Source: a virus
DNA length: 64,000 nt
Virus record (IMG/VR): IMGVR_UViG_3300042923_001092
Span: 39,092 to 103,091 of that record
Reading direction: 5' to 3' (one strand)
Part shown: in pieces, positions 26,745-36,178 of the stretch
Layout: every line of letters begins with the position of its first letter
How positions within the stretch are numbered: position 1 is the stretch's first letter
Program-made: the position numbers and the translations under genes
The notes under the pieces: generated by a model
Told to the model about the DNA's origin: nothing
Seen by the model: the letters and a program-made list of their open reading frames with translations, nothing else
The model's database searches: none

Positions 26745-27964
26745 TGGCTGCACCAGTTAAGAAAAAACCAACTACAAAAGCAACAAAACCAGCTGCAAAA
26801 CCTACTGTTAAAACTGCTTCAGCTATGGTTAAAAAGCAGGTTAATAATAGTGATCAATTGGATATGCTCAAAATGATAGCTGGAGATATAAAAGGGAATA
26901 TGACTTTTGAAGAAAAAGAAGAGATAAAGTTCATACCAGCTAATTTACTTTCTTATAATAGAGCATCAGTATTTGGAGGTTATCCCACCGGTGGTATTTA
27001 TGAATTACATGGCCCTAATGGCGGAGGTAAGACAGCATTAGGTATTGAAATTCTTAGTTCAGCTCAGAAAGCTGGTCATTTAACAGTAATGTACGATCAT
27101 GAAAGAGCAGCTAATGATAAATCTTGGATTGAAAATTTAGGATTAGATCTCAAGAACTGTTTATACAGAAATAAAGCTTTAGATGGAAAGTCAATAATGA
27201 CTTTAGAGGAGAGTGCACAAGAAATTAATGATATGATTATTAATTTCAATGAAAAAAAGCAAAAAAAATTAATACCACAGCATGTGCTTTTATATATTTT
27301 GTTTGACTCTGTAGCTTCAGCAGTTCCTAAAGCGAAACTTGAAAAAGGCGCTAAAGTTGGTGATGCTAATTATGGTTTAACCGCAAGATTAATGTCAGAT
27401 TGGCTTCAAACATTAAATGCTTTAGTTGGTGGTAGTGATGTTGCTGTCATTTTTATTAATCAGGAAAGAGTGAATGTTGGAGCTAAACCTTGGGAACAAA
27501 AATTCAAATCTTTTGGTGGAGAAGCATTACAGTTTTATGCATCAGTAAGAATAAGAGTTAATTATTCCGGTGCTACTAAAGAAAAAGTCAATTCTGTAGA
27601 AATTCAGGTTGGGAAAGAACATAAGTTTAAGCTTGAAAAAAATAAGCTTGGTTATCCTATGCAGGAAGGCTATTTTTATACTTCAAATGGACTTGGTGAA
27701 TGCAATATTGGTTTTGATGATGTAAGAGCAACTATTACAGAAGCCATTTTGCAGAATTTAATTACCAAGGAAGGAACAAGGTTTAATTGTGAGTTTTTCG
27801 ATGAAATAAATGGTGAGAAAAAATTAAGAGCATACTTAAGAAATAATCCAGATACCCTTGAAAAAATTAAAGAAAAGGGTTATAATCAAATAGTTGAAGG
27901 CAAAATAAATATGACTGACACAAAATCTGGAGATGATGATATAACATCAGATGATGAAGAATAA
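26744..27964 (+). CDS. recA: RecA/UvsX-like recombinase
   Basis: ELHGPNGGGKT, FDSVAS, ARLMS, FINQER, GGEALQFYASVRI. Confidence 0.93.
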   Translation: MAAPVKKKPTTKATKPAAKPTVKTASAMVKKQVNNSDQLDMLKMIAGDIKGNMTFEEKEEIKFIPANLLSYNRASVFGGYPTGGIYELHGPNGGGKTALGIEILSSAQKAGHLTVMYDHERAANDKSWIENLGLDLKNCLYRNKALDGKSIMTLEESAQEINDMIINFNEKKQKKLIPQHVLLYILFDSVASAVPKAKLEKGAKVGDANYGLTARLMSDWLQTLNALVGGSDVAVIFINQERVNVGAKPWEQKFKSFGGEALQFYASVRIRVNYSGATKEKVNSVEIQVGKEHKFKLEKNKLGYPMQEGYFYTSNGLGECNIGFDDVRATITEAILQNLITKEGTRFNCEFFDEINGEKKLRAYLRNNPDTLEKIKEKGYNQIVEGKINMTDTKSGDDDITSDDEE

Positions 27965-27969
27965 TATTT

Positions 27970-28009
27970 AAAATTAAGGCTCTGTTGATTAAAACAGGGC
28001 TTTAATTTT
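27970..28009 (+). terminator. Stem-loop terminator
   Basis: 17-bp stem AAAATTAAGGCTCTGTT / AACAGGGCTTTAATTTT (two G-U pairs). Confidence 0.7.
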
Positions 28010-28039
28010 GTTAATTTGTTGTTGTCTATTGATATTATA
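28010..28039 (+). promoter_or_regulatory. Class II (SigF-like) promoter
   Basis: GTTAA-N15-TGATATTATA. Confidence 0.7.
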
Positions 28040-28072
28040 ATATTATATAGGATAAATAAAAGGAGAATAGCT

Positions 28073-28552
28073 ATGGAAATTGAAATCTTAGGTTCGAATA
28101 AGTCTATTAACAAAAACAGGATAATCAAAACTAATATAGGTTATTTCTGTAAGGAGTCTGAAAATTTAATTACAGATGATATTACAAGAAGTACTTTACT
28201 TGGAGCTGTTGAAGCTGCATCGTATGTTTATGCTATATCAAATGATATTTCAACTCGCAACCATTGTAAAGTAGAAGCTGAAGTAGTTATATATAACGGC
28301 TTTAGATTTGAGATTGGAAAATATTATATTAATACAAATGGACTTAAAGTTCATGTACTTTGCTCTGCTAAAACTACTTCTTATGGAAAATGTTTTATAG
28401 CAGAGTCCAATATTGATGATATGCTTTTACCATTAAGAATGACTGAAGAAGGTACAATAGGCTTTAGAGAAATTACTAAAGAAGATTGGTTAGTAGATTT
28501 TGCCATACCTTCGGCGGCACCAATAATAACGAAAGGAGAAGGAGATGCCTAA
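28073..28552 (+). CDS. Hypothetical protein (start moved from 28016 to ATG 28073)
   Basis: RBS AAGGAG before 28073; promoter overlaps the upstream part of the listed ORF. Confidence 0.65.
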   Translation: MEIEILGSNKSINKNRIIKTNIGYFCKESENLITDDITRSTLLGAVEAASYVYAISNDISTRNHCKVEAEVVIYNGFRFEIGKYYINTNGLKVHVLCSAKTTSYGKCFIAESNIDDMLLPLRMTEEGTIGFREITKEDWLVDFAIPSAAPIITKGEGDA

Positions 28553-29249
28553 GTTTATTTCAGACCAAAATGAAAACATTGTAAATAAAATTAGACAGTG
28601 TATGGAACTGTCTAGAAAAGCTGGTACTCCAGAAGAAAGTCAAGGGGCCTTATTAAAGGCTCAAGAACTTATGGTTAAATATAACATAGATCTCGAAGGA
28701 ATAAAGGAATCTGAAAAAGAAAAAGAAGTAAAAGAAATAATCGATGAAGAATTTACACCAATAAAAAGAAATCACTGGTGGGTGAAACAATTGGCATATA
28801 TTATTGCTGAAAATTTTAAATGCACTTCGTATATTGTAAATTTTTATAATGCTAATTGTATTCATATGATAGGATTAAAAGAAGACGTCGAAATTGCAAG
28901 AGAAGTATTTAGTTACGCCGGATTCGAAATTGATAAGTTTTCAAAACAATACGCTAAAGAAAAAGCAGACTCTTCATTCTTTTTTAATGATAGATCATTT
29001 AAAAACGGTATTATAAATGATTATATAAAGGGCTATTTAAATGGTCTTAATAAAAAGTTTAAATCGCAAGTTGAAGAAAATGGGTGGGGATTAATTATAG
29101 TAAAAGATGCTTTAGTAGTAAGAGCAGTTGAAGATTTAAGTTTGGCTAAACCTTCAAAACCTGCTCCAGTAAATAGGACTGGAAATAAAGACGCTTATAG
29201 GACTGGTCTTAAAGATGGTCAAAATTTTGGAAGAAAGATAGGTGATTAA
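28545..29249 (+). CDS. DUF2786-domain protein
   Basis: IVNKIRQCMELS...PEESQGALLKAQELMVKYNI. Confidence 0.7.
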   Translation: MPKFISDQNENIVNKIRQCMELSRKAGTPEESQGALLKAQELMVKYNIDLEGIKESEKEKEVKEIIDEEFTPIKRNHWWVKQLAYIIAENFKCTSYIVNFYNANCIHMIGLKEDVEIAREVFSYAGFEIDKFSKQYAKEKADSSFFFNDRSFKNGIINDYIKGYLNGLNKKFKSQVEENGWGLIIVKDALVVRAVEDLSLAKPSKPAPVNRTGNKDAYRTGLKDGQNFGRKIGD

Positions 29250-30027
29250 ATTGCTTGAGCCTATTCATTTAATTTTCGCTGGAGACAATCATTACGATCT
29301 TAAAACTGAAGGTATCGATAGAAATATCGACATTAGCAATGCTAAGCAACAAGCTATAAAATATGCTGTTGAATTAAAAGAGTCAGGAGTTGAAGTATAT
29401 TTTATAGAACCAGGAGATATATTTCATGGCGTAAGACCTAGAGCTGAATCTATTGCATTAGCTATTTCAGATTATAAGCAATTAGATTCTGAAGGGATTC
29501 CAACTTACCTTGTTGCTGGTAATCACGATGTAATTGATGAACGTGGTAAAACATCCGCTTTAGAACCTATTATAGCAGCTCAATTTTCAATGCTTAATGT
29601 ATATCATGACATCGAATTAGTTAAAATTAGAGAAGGTCTAAATTTAATAACATTGCCTCATATATCAAAAGCTCGAGCTGCTGAGGAAGGTTATAAAAAT
29701 GTTCAAGAATTTATTGATCATAAATCTGCTTTAATAGAAAAACGTCTTAATCCAGAAGAGTATAATATTGTAATAGGACATCTTAATATTACCGGTGCTA
29801 CAGTCGGAACTGAAGAATTTATGATAAAAGGTGCTCATGAAGATTTTCCCAATGTTTTAAGAAAAAGCTCAAAAATAAGTTATATTTTTAATGGACATTA
29901 TCATAAAGCACAGATTATATCTAATCCAGATGGTGCTCCAATTATAATTACTGGAAGTATATCAATTAATGACTTTGGAGAAAGGACTGAGACTAAAGCA
30001 TTTTTTGATTTAGAGGTAGAAATATGA
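29242..30027 (+). CDS. sbcD: SbcD/Mre11-like metallophosphoesterase nuclease (catalytic domain only)
   Basis: GDNH, GDIFH, AGNHD, GH, GHYH motifs. Confidence 0.85.
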   Translation: MIKLLEPIHLIFAGDNHYDLKTEGIDRNIDISNAKQQAIKYAVELKESGVEVYFIEPGDIFHGVRPRAESIALAISDYKQLDSEGIPTYLVAGNHDVIDERGKTSALEPIIAAQFSMLNVYHDIELVKIREGLNLITLPHISKARAAEEGYKNVQEFIDHKSALIEKRLNPEEYNIVIGHLNITGATVGTEEFMIKGAHEDFPNVLRKSSKISYIFNGHYHKAQIISNPDGAPIIITGSISINDFGERTETKAFFDLEVEI

Positions 30028-30209
30028 TAAATGTCGGAGACAAAGTAATTATAAATTTCAAAGGTAAGAGAAGGGACAAATCTTATAATGGTATAGTTAT
30101 TGCTTTAGTTTTAAACGATTATTTGATTTATAGTAATGGATTCACATGTTTATATAGTAAAAGCTCTCGTCATTATAAGGTTGAGAAATTAGGTGAAGAC
30201 AATGGCTGA
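30024..30209 (+). CDS. Small hypothetical protein between the SbcD halves
   Basis: ATGA-coupled ORF; KOW/SH3-like start INVGDKVII. Confidence 0.55.
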   Translation: MINVGDKVIINFKGKRRDKSYNGIVIALVLNDYLIYSNGFTCLYSKSSRHYKVEKLGEDNG

Positions 30210-30675
30210 AAAATTAATTAAGAAAGTCAAAAAAACTATTGCAAAACCATCTCAAGAAAAAGGATTAATTGATGTATCAGTAATTCCAGGATTAAAGGCA
30301 ATAGAAATAAGTACAAGAAAATTTACTCAATATGATTTAGATTTCACATATCCGGGATGTAAAATTGAATTTCCAGTCATAAGAGATTACGATTTAATAG
30401 ATGCAATAGTTAAAGTAAATATTAAAATAAAAAGTGATGATATACATAAGATTAATATTAAAGAATTTGAAGAAATGCTAAAAGAAAAGGCATATGTAGT
30501 GAAACCTATAGTACCTCAGATATTAAAAACAAGAAGGGTCAGAATTAAAAAGCTTACTGCAGACTTACCACCTATAAAAGCAGTTGAAGTTTGGTTAATT
30601 GAAAAAGGTCATAAAGATGCTGATCAAATACTTTCTATTGCAGATGATATAATAAGAAAGATTGGTACTGTATGA
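30202..30675 (+). CDS. Putative separated C-terminal domain of SbcD
   Basis: AIEISTRKFTQYDLD...DAIVKVNIKI...EFEEML resembles the post-nuclease capping region. Confidence 0.45.
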   Translation: MAEKLIKKVKKTIAKPSQEKGLIDVSVIPGLKAIEISTRKFTQYDLDFTYPGCKIEFPVIRDYDLIDAIVKVNIKIKSDDIHKINIKEFEEMLKEKAYVVKPIVPQILKTRRVRIKKLTADLPPIKAVEVWLIEKGHKDADQILSIADDIIRKIGTV

Positions 30676-30848
30676 TAAGAAAAATAATTAAGAAAATAAT
30701 AAAATCTTTTCAATGGCCTTGTAAAGACTGCGGTCATACTATCATAAAAGAAGAAAAATGGCTATGCACTGTGGCTAAAGGATGCTGTAGGAGAGATAAT
30801 AATTTTGCTTGTTTTATAGATAAAGAAAAAATTTTACGGAGGTTATAA
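30672..30848 (+). CDS. 58-aa Cys-rich protein (not in supplied track)
   Basis: Manual translation MIRKIIKKIIKSFQWPCKDCGH...CTVAKGCCRR... Confidence 0.5.
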   Translation: MIRKIIKKIIKSFQWPCKDCGHTIIKEEKWLCTVAKGCCRRDNNFACFIDKEKILRRL

Positions 30849-30849
30849 A

Positions 30850-33006
30850 GTGGATCTCAAAAGAATAGGTTGTCAATATTTTCTTCATTTTGGAGAATGG
30901 AGTGAAATAGTTTTTAACGAAGATCAGAATATAATTTCTATAATTGGAGAATGGCATAAAGAACCAAAAAGATCTAATCGATCTGGTAAATCCTCATTTG
31001 TAGAAATTATATTATATGTTCTTTATGGAAAAACAAGAGCTAAAAAAGAGATATCTTTAATAAATAAGAATTATCCAAATGAAAATATGTTTTGTGAGTT
31101 AGAGTTTGATGATGGTAATATCATTAAAAGAGGTAGAACACCAAGTAATGAAATAATTCTTGATTTTACCGGTTTCGAAGGCGCAGATAAAAAAGTTATT
31201 CAAGAAGAGATTGAAAAATATGTTGGTATGAATTATGAAGATTTTATAATGACTTCATTTTTTTTGCAAGGCGATATTCATACTTTTATGAATGCTGGAC
31301 CAACTGGACAAAAGCAAATAATATCTAAATGGCTTGAAAAATCTTATTGGAAAAATTTTGAAAATGAAGCAAAAAATCGCTTGGAGGAAATACAAAAAGA
31401 TATTAATAAACTTCAGCTTGTTATAGATGATAAGCCAGACCCTGATAGAGACGATCAAATAAAGGATCGAATTAATATATTAAAAAACGATTTGGAGTTG
31501 ATAGAAAAGCAATTAGAAACCCTTAATAAGGCTATGGAGGGTTTAAATATTAAAATCCAAAAATATAATGATATAACAAATATACAAAAGTCTATCAAAT
31601 CAATTAAGTCTGAAATTAGATCAATATCTAATGAGATTGATGAGTTTAATGAAGATATTGATGAAAAGAAAAAAGATGTACTTAAGGCAGAAAATAATGA
31701 GAAAAGATTATTAGAACTTAAAGATATAAATTCAGACTGTTTAAGTGATGCTAAAGATTCATTAGATATTGCTAATAAAAAACTTAAAGAAAAAAATCAA
31801 GAACTAGCCACTGCTAAAGCTGAATTTATATCCTTAAAAAATCAACATGATAATATAGATAAATTCGATAATATATGTCCTATTACAAAAAATCAGTGTA
31901 CATCTTTAGATACTATTAAATCTTCTAAAAATGATTTAAGAAAAAAAGGTATTGCTAAAAATTTAGAAATTAAAAATATTGAATCTAAAATAGAAGTTTT
32001 AACAGGGAAATTGCAGGAAGAGCAAGAAAAATACGATGAAATTAAAGAACAATTACAAGAGATAAAATTAAGACAAAAAGAACCAACTAAAAAAGAAATA
32101 TTAGATAAGATTAAATCTTTAAAAGATAAAATTGGTGCCAAAGAAAATTTGAAAAAACAAAAAGAATCTTTACTAAAAGAAGAAGAAGAAAAATTAAGTG
32201 AACTTGAGCAAATTGATATAGACAAATTAAAAAACGAAAAAAGTGTTACAAATTCAAAAATAGCTGATAATAAAAGCTCTCTTAATGATATTATAAATAA
32301 TATAGCAAGGCAAGAAGCAGAGTTAAATATACTTAAGCAAAAGAGGCAAACTGCAATAAAAGCTGAAAAAGATATGAAAGAGCTATTGAAAAAGTATAGC
32401 ATTCATAAATATGTTACATACATGTTTGGAAAAAATGGTATACCTTCAAATCAAATAGAGGCTTCATTTAATGAAATTGAAGAAGAAGCTAATTTGATTT
32501 TAGAAAAAATAAGTTCTGATATATCTTTAGAATTTACACCTGATAGAGAATTAGATTCATGGGAACCAAATTGCTTAGTTTGTGGAACACCTTTTCCTAA
32601 AAATTATAGAAAAACAACATGTCCTGAATGTGAAAATGAAAGACAAAGAAAAAAGAAAGATGAACTTGGTATAATTATTACCACCGGTGGAAATGAGATA
32701 GATTTTAATCTTGAATCTGGTGGAGGTCAAGTATTAATTTCAATTTCTATAAGATTAGCTTTTGTAAGATTGTTGCAAAGAAGAATTGGTGTTAATCTTA
32801 AATTAGTAGTTTTTGATGAAATATTTGGAATGCTTGATGAAGTTAACAGGCAACATATATTTAAACTTCTTGCAAAAACTTTAATTGATGATTTTGGTTT
32901 TAGTCAAATATTGGCAATATCTCATGAAGCTGAAATTAGGGATTCATTACCTTATGTGATTAAAGTTACAAAGTACGATAATTATTCTACATTCAATTGG
33001 GATTGA
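30850..33006 (+). CDS. sbcC: SbcC/Rad50-like ABC ATPase
   Basis: NRSGKSS, FFLQG, long coiled coil with CPITKNQC hook, ESGGGQ signature, VVFDEIFGMLD, ISH. Confidence 0.9.
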   Translation: MDLKRIGCQYFLHFGEWSEIVFNEDQNIISIIGEWHKEPKRSNRSGKSSFVEIILYVLYGKTRAKKEISLINKNYPNENMFCELEFDDGNIIKRGRTPSNEIILDFTGFEGADKKVIQEEIEKYVGMNYEDFIMTSFFLQGDIHTFMNAGPTGQKQIISKWLEKSYWKNFENEAKNRLEEIQKDINKLQLVIDDKPDPDRDDQIKDRINILKNDLELIEKQLETLNKAMEGLNIKIQKYNDITNIQKSIKSIKSEIRSISNEIDEFNEDIDEKKKDVLKAENNEKRLLELKDINSDCLSDAKDSLDIANKKLKEKNQELATAKAEFISLKNQHDNIDKFDNICPITKNQCTSLDTIKSSKNDLRKKGIAKNLEIKNIESKIEVLTGKLQEEQEKYDEIKEQLQEIKLRQKEPTKKEILDKIKSLKDKIGAKENLKKQKESLLKEEEEKLSELEQIDIDKLKNEKSVTNSKIADNKSSLNDIINNIARQEAELNILKQKRQTAIKAEKDMKELLKKYSIHKYVTYMFGKNGIPSNQIEASFNEIEEEANLILEKISSDISLEFTPDRELDSWEPNCLVCGTPFPKNYRKTTCPECENERQRKKKDELGIIITTGGNEIDFNLESGGGQVLISISIRLAFVRLLQRRIGVNLKLVVFDEIFGMLDEVNRQHIFKLLAKTLIDDFGFSQILAISHEAEIRDSLPYVIKVTKYDNYSTFNWD

Positions 33007-33182
33007 GGTGATTAGGTGTCAAAAAGAGGCTTTAAATGGGGAGTTAGTTTAAATTCAAACTATGGTGCTTTTTTATTAGGAGCTAATATTCATATTGGTA
33101 AATATAATAAAGGCGAAAGATATGGTTATATAACTATCTATTTAGGCTTTAAAACAGTGGTAGTTGGAAAGGATTATTTTTA

Positions 33183-33851
33183 ATGGGATCTAAATTAATC
33201 AAAGAAAAAACGCAAGTTGTTGAGAAAGTATCTCCAGAAAAAGCAATAATTTTAGCTATAGACCCAAGTCTTAATGGTGCTGGTTTTATCAAAATGAAAA
33301 ATTTTGAAGTTCTAGATTATTGGTTTTTCACTAATGTGGTAAAAAACAGTAAAGATCCACATGCGAGATTTAATAAAGAATTTGGTAGCAAAAGATTAAA
33401 CAATATTTATGAATTTTACGAAGGATTACTTAAAAATCATAAATTTGATTATTGTGCTATTGAAGACTATGCATATGGTGCAAAATCAAATTCTGTATTT
33501 CAAATAGGTGGTCTTGGAGAAATGATAAGATTATCGACGTATCGTTCCGGAATACCTTATCGGGATTATGAACCTTCTAAAGTTAAAAAGTTTGCTACAG
33601 AAAAAGGAAACGCAGAAAAGTCGGAGATGGTTTTAGCAGCTTATAAAGCTGGATTTGATGTTGGAATGTACGGAAAAAATGGAGAAGATTTAGCTGACGC
33701 TTATTGGATAGGGGCTATGCTAACTACAGAATTATTTTTGCATAAAAATAAAGACTATATAGGAAGATTTACAAGAAAGCAGCAAGAAGTTTTTAGTGAA
33801 ACATCTAAAGCTTATCCAATACCGCTTCTCAGTAGGCCTTTCTATAAATAA
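33183..33851 (+). CDS. ruvC: RuvC-like Holliday junction resolvase
   Basis: ILAIDPSL, AIEDYAY, PSKVKKFATEKGNAEK, DLADAY. Confidence 0.85.
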   Translation: MGSKLIKEKTQVVEKVSPEKAIILAIDPSLNGAGFIKMKNFEVLDYWFFTNVVKNSKDPHARFNKEFGSKRLNNIYEFYEGLLKNHKFDYCAIEDYAYGAKSNSVFQIGGLGEMIRLSTYRSGIPYRDYEPSKVKKFATEKGNAEKSEMVLAAYKAGFDVGMYGKNGEDLADAYWIGAMLTTELFLHKNKDYIGRFTRKQQEVFSETSKAYPIPLLSRPFYK

Positions 33852-33868
33852 TTTGGGGGCAAAATGAT

Positions 33869-34390
33869 ATGGCAAGGAAATGGTTTGTTGGTTATTTCTA
33901 TAGTGGATATTTAGATCAGCTTATGAAGATATTTAATAGAAAAGAAGAATTTAGCGACGTTAGGATATGGAATCCACAGACTTATGAAGTGGTCGTTAAA
34001 GACGGTAAGAAGATTGAAATAACTTCCAATATGTTTGACAGCTATATACTTTTTGAATTTGAAGAAGGCTCTTTAATTTGGAAAAAGATAATAAAGTCAA
34101 CGCCAATAATATCATTTCTTACCGATGACTCAAATAACCCTATTCCAATTACAGAGCAAGAAGTAATTCATATAAAGGAGATAGAATGTACAAGCAAAGT
34201 GGTTGATTATACTATACTTATTAATAAAAAAGTTATTGTTACGGCTGGACCTTTTGCAAATTTTACCGGAATGTGTAAGACAATAATAAAAAACAAATAT
34301 AAAGCTAGGGTTTTCATAGAGATGTTTGGAATGGTTGAAAGAAGTGTCGAGATAAATCTTGAAGATCTTAAGTTAGCAGATCAGGAGTAG
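33869..34390 (+). CDS. NusG-family transcription factor (NGN + KOW)
   Basis: KWF..Y.YSG, YILFE, IISFL, P.PI..QEV, KOW VIVTAGPFANFTG, ARVFIEMFG. Confidence 0.8.
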   Translation: MARKWFVGYFYSGYLDQLMKIFNRKEEFSDVRIWNPQTYEVVVKDGKKIEITSNMFDSYILFEFEEGSLIWKKIIKSTPIISFLTDDSNNPIPITEQEVIHIKEIECTSKVVDYTILINKKVIVTAGPFANFTGMCKTIIKNKYKARVFIEMFGMVERSVEINLEDLKLADQE

Positions 34391-34392
34391 TT

Positions 34393-34701
34393 ATGTCATG
34401 TGGAATATATGCTATAAAGTGCGTAGTAAATGGTAAAGCATATGTAGGAAGCAGTAAAAATATAGAGAGAAGATGGAAAGAGCATAAAGTATCTCTTAAT
34501 AAGCAAGATAAAAAGAAATGCAATAAACTTCTTCTCTCTGATTGGATACGATATGGGCAAGATAAATTTACGTTAGAAATACTAGAAGAATGTTTGCCTC
34601 AATTTATCTTTAAAAAAGAAAATAACTGGATTGGTAAGCTAAATAGCAGAAGAGAAGGGTATAATATAAATGTAGCATATAATAATCGTCATAAAAAATA
34701 A
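34393..34701 (+). CDS. Stand-alone GIY-YIG nuclease
   Basis: GIYAIKC..NGKAYVGSSKNIERRWKEH, E and N motifs. Confidence 0.85.
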   Translation: MSCGIYAIKCVVNGKAYVGSSKNIERRWKEHKVSLNKQDKKKCNKLLLSDWIRYGQDKFTLEILEECLPQFIFKKENNWIGKLNSRREGYNINVAYNNRHKK

Positions 34702-34711
34702 GGGGATAGTT

Positions 34712-34948
34712 ATGGCAAAATATTGTATTCATCCAGGAGTTACTATTAGCAAGAATGATGGTCAATTTCATTATATTTCTTCATCAAGACTTATAAGTTT
34801 ATATGGGGTAAATCCATCCGATTGTATTATAAGTTCATGTGATGAAAGAAACCCCAAAAGATATCCAGAAAATATAATTCATTTATATCCAGATTATAAA
34901 GGTAATTATGATTTAAAGGAGGTTTTACGTGAAAATAATAGTCCTTGA
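34712..34948 (+). CDS. Hypothetical protein
   Basis: Co-directional ORF with RBS. Confidence 0.6.
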   Translation: MAKYCIHPGVTISKNDGQFHYISSSRLISLYGVNPSDCIISSCDERNPKRYPENIIHLYPDYKGNYDLKEVLRENNSP

Positions 34949-35549
34949 AGGGATTGATAAATGTGGAAAAGCTACACAAACAAAAGAATTAGCTTTAAGA
35001 TTGAGTCAAGCAGGATTTAAAACGCAAGCATCTGAATTTCATAGATATGATACACAGACCGGAAAAATGATTCAAGATTGGCTATTTGGAAAGTTTGAAT
35101 GTGATACTTATACTATGGAATTAATTATGGCTGCAGACAAACAACTTCAACAGTATTGGTTTAATGAACTTGAAAATCAAGGATATGACTTTCTTATATT
35201 AGATAGGTATACATTAAGTCAAGAGATTTATGCAACATATAAAAAAGTAAATCAAATATGGTTATATTCTATAATGACATATTTGAAAAAACCTTATGCT
35301 GAAATATTAATAGATATTCCTGCTGAACTAAGTATGTCCAGAAAACCCAAATATGGTACCAATAATAATATTCAGGATGACAGGCATGAAAAGGATTATA
35401 ATTTGCTAAACAGCGTTAGAGATCTTTATTTAAAGGCTTGTAATCATAATCATTTCGATATAAAACGGACAATAATTGATGGAACTCAGACAGTTGACAA
35501 TGTCAGCGATGATATTTGGAATTATGTTAAAAATTTATTCAAAATATAA
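34929..35549 (+). CDS. tmk: Thymidylate kinase
   Basis: IVLEGIDKCGKATQ, ILDRY, ILIDIP. Confidence 0.9.
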   Translation: MKIIVLEGIDKCGKATQTKELALRLSQAGFKTQASEFHRYDTQTGKMIQDWLFGKFECDTYTMELIMAADKQLQQYWFNELENQGYDFLILDRYTLSQEIYATYKKVNQIWLYSIMTYLKKPYAEILIDIPAELSMSRKPKYGTNNNIQDDRHEKDYNLLNSVRDLYLKACNHNHFDIKRTIIDGTQTVDNVSDDIWNYVKNLFKI

Positions 35550-35556
35550 AATACGC

Positions 35557-35586
35557 GTTTACTTTTGCCAAAAACGTGATATTATT
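35557..35586 (+). promoter_or_regulatory. Class II (SigF-like) promoter of the structured RNA and HU
   Basis: GTTTA-N15-TGATATTATT. Confidence 0.7.
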
Positions 35587-35601
35587 ATATTATAACCACG
35601 G

Positions 35602-35750
35602 ATTATTACCTTAACAGGCTGTCCAATATCCAAAGTGGATTAGCTACCCACGAATAATGGCATTCCTAGGTTGCATGGCTAAAGAGTCACTCGGCTCGAA
35701 AAGGTTCGAATCCTTTACATTAGTATTGGATAACCTGTTAAGGTAATAAT
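35602..35750 (+). ncRNA. Structured RNA with long terminal stem and tRNA-type T-arm
   Basis: 35602-35628 pairs with 35724-35750 (first 17 bp perfect, one mismatch overall); AAAGG-TTCGAAT-CCTTT at 35700-35716. Confidence 0.65.
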
Positions 35751-35787
35751 ACCAAAAAAATAATTTATTTTATAGGAGGATTTTATT

Positions 35788-36156
35788 ATGGCAGGTATCG
35801 GTGATATCGCAAAGGCTGCTGGAGTTAAGTATGAGGCAGTATCCGCAACAATCGAAGGAATTAGATCTTTATTAATGCAGGGAGAAAAAATTACACTTCA
35901 GGATTTCGGTACATTTTATATCGATGTTCAGGACAAAAAAGTTGCTCGCAAGGTTGCTACCAGCGAAAAGATTGATGTTCCGGAGAAGTCCGTTCCCAAG
36001 TTCAGATTTAATTACACTTTCAAAGCAAAAGTCGCTGAAAAGGTTAAAGTCGATAAGGAAAAGCTTCAGAAGAAGAGGGAACGTAAAGCTAAGTATGATG
36101 CCAAGATGGCTGAAAAAGCCGGCACTAAGGCACCGACTGGTAAAAAATCTAAATAA
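35788..36156 (+). CDS. hup: HU/IHF-family DNA-binding protein with Lys-rich tail
   Basis: GEKITLQDFGTFYI....KVARKVAT.EKIDVPEKSVPKFR. Confidence 0.85.
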   Translation: MAGIGDIAKAAGVKYEAVSATIEGIRSLLMQGEKITLQDFGTFYIDVQDKKVARKVATSEKIDVPEKSVPKFRFNYTFKAKVAEKVKVDKEKLQKKRERKAKYDAKMAEKAGTKAPTGKKSK

Positions 36157-36178
36157 TTAAATAGCAGCAGGCCCACTT

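Noticed and set aside
19752-27964. Inteins or group I introns in dnaE, recA, dnaB or thyX
   Set aside because: Lengths are near normal, reading frames are continuous, and no intein splice motifs or intron-encoded endonucleases were seen.
35629-35723. Canonical tRNA gene
   Set aside because: Has a T-arm but no 7-bp acceptor stem, proper anticodon arm or CCA; kept only as a tRNA-like ncRNA candidate. It also does not show the permuted arm order I recall for YrlA Y RNAs.
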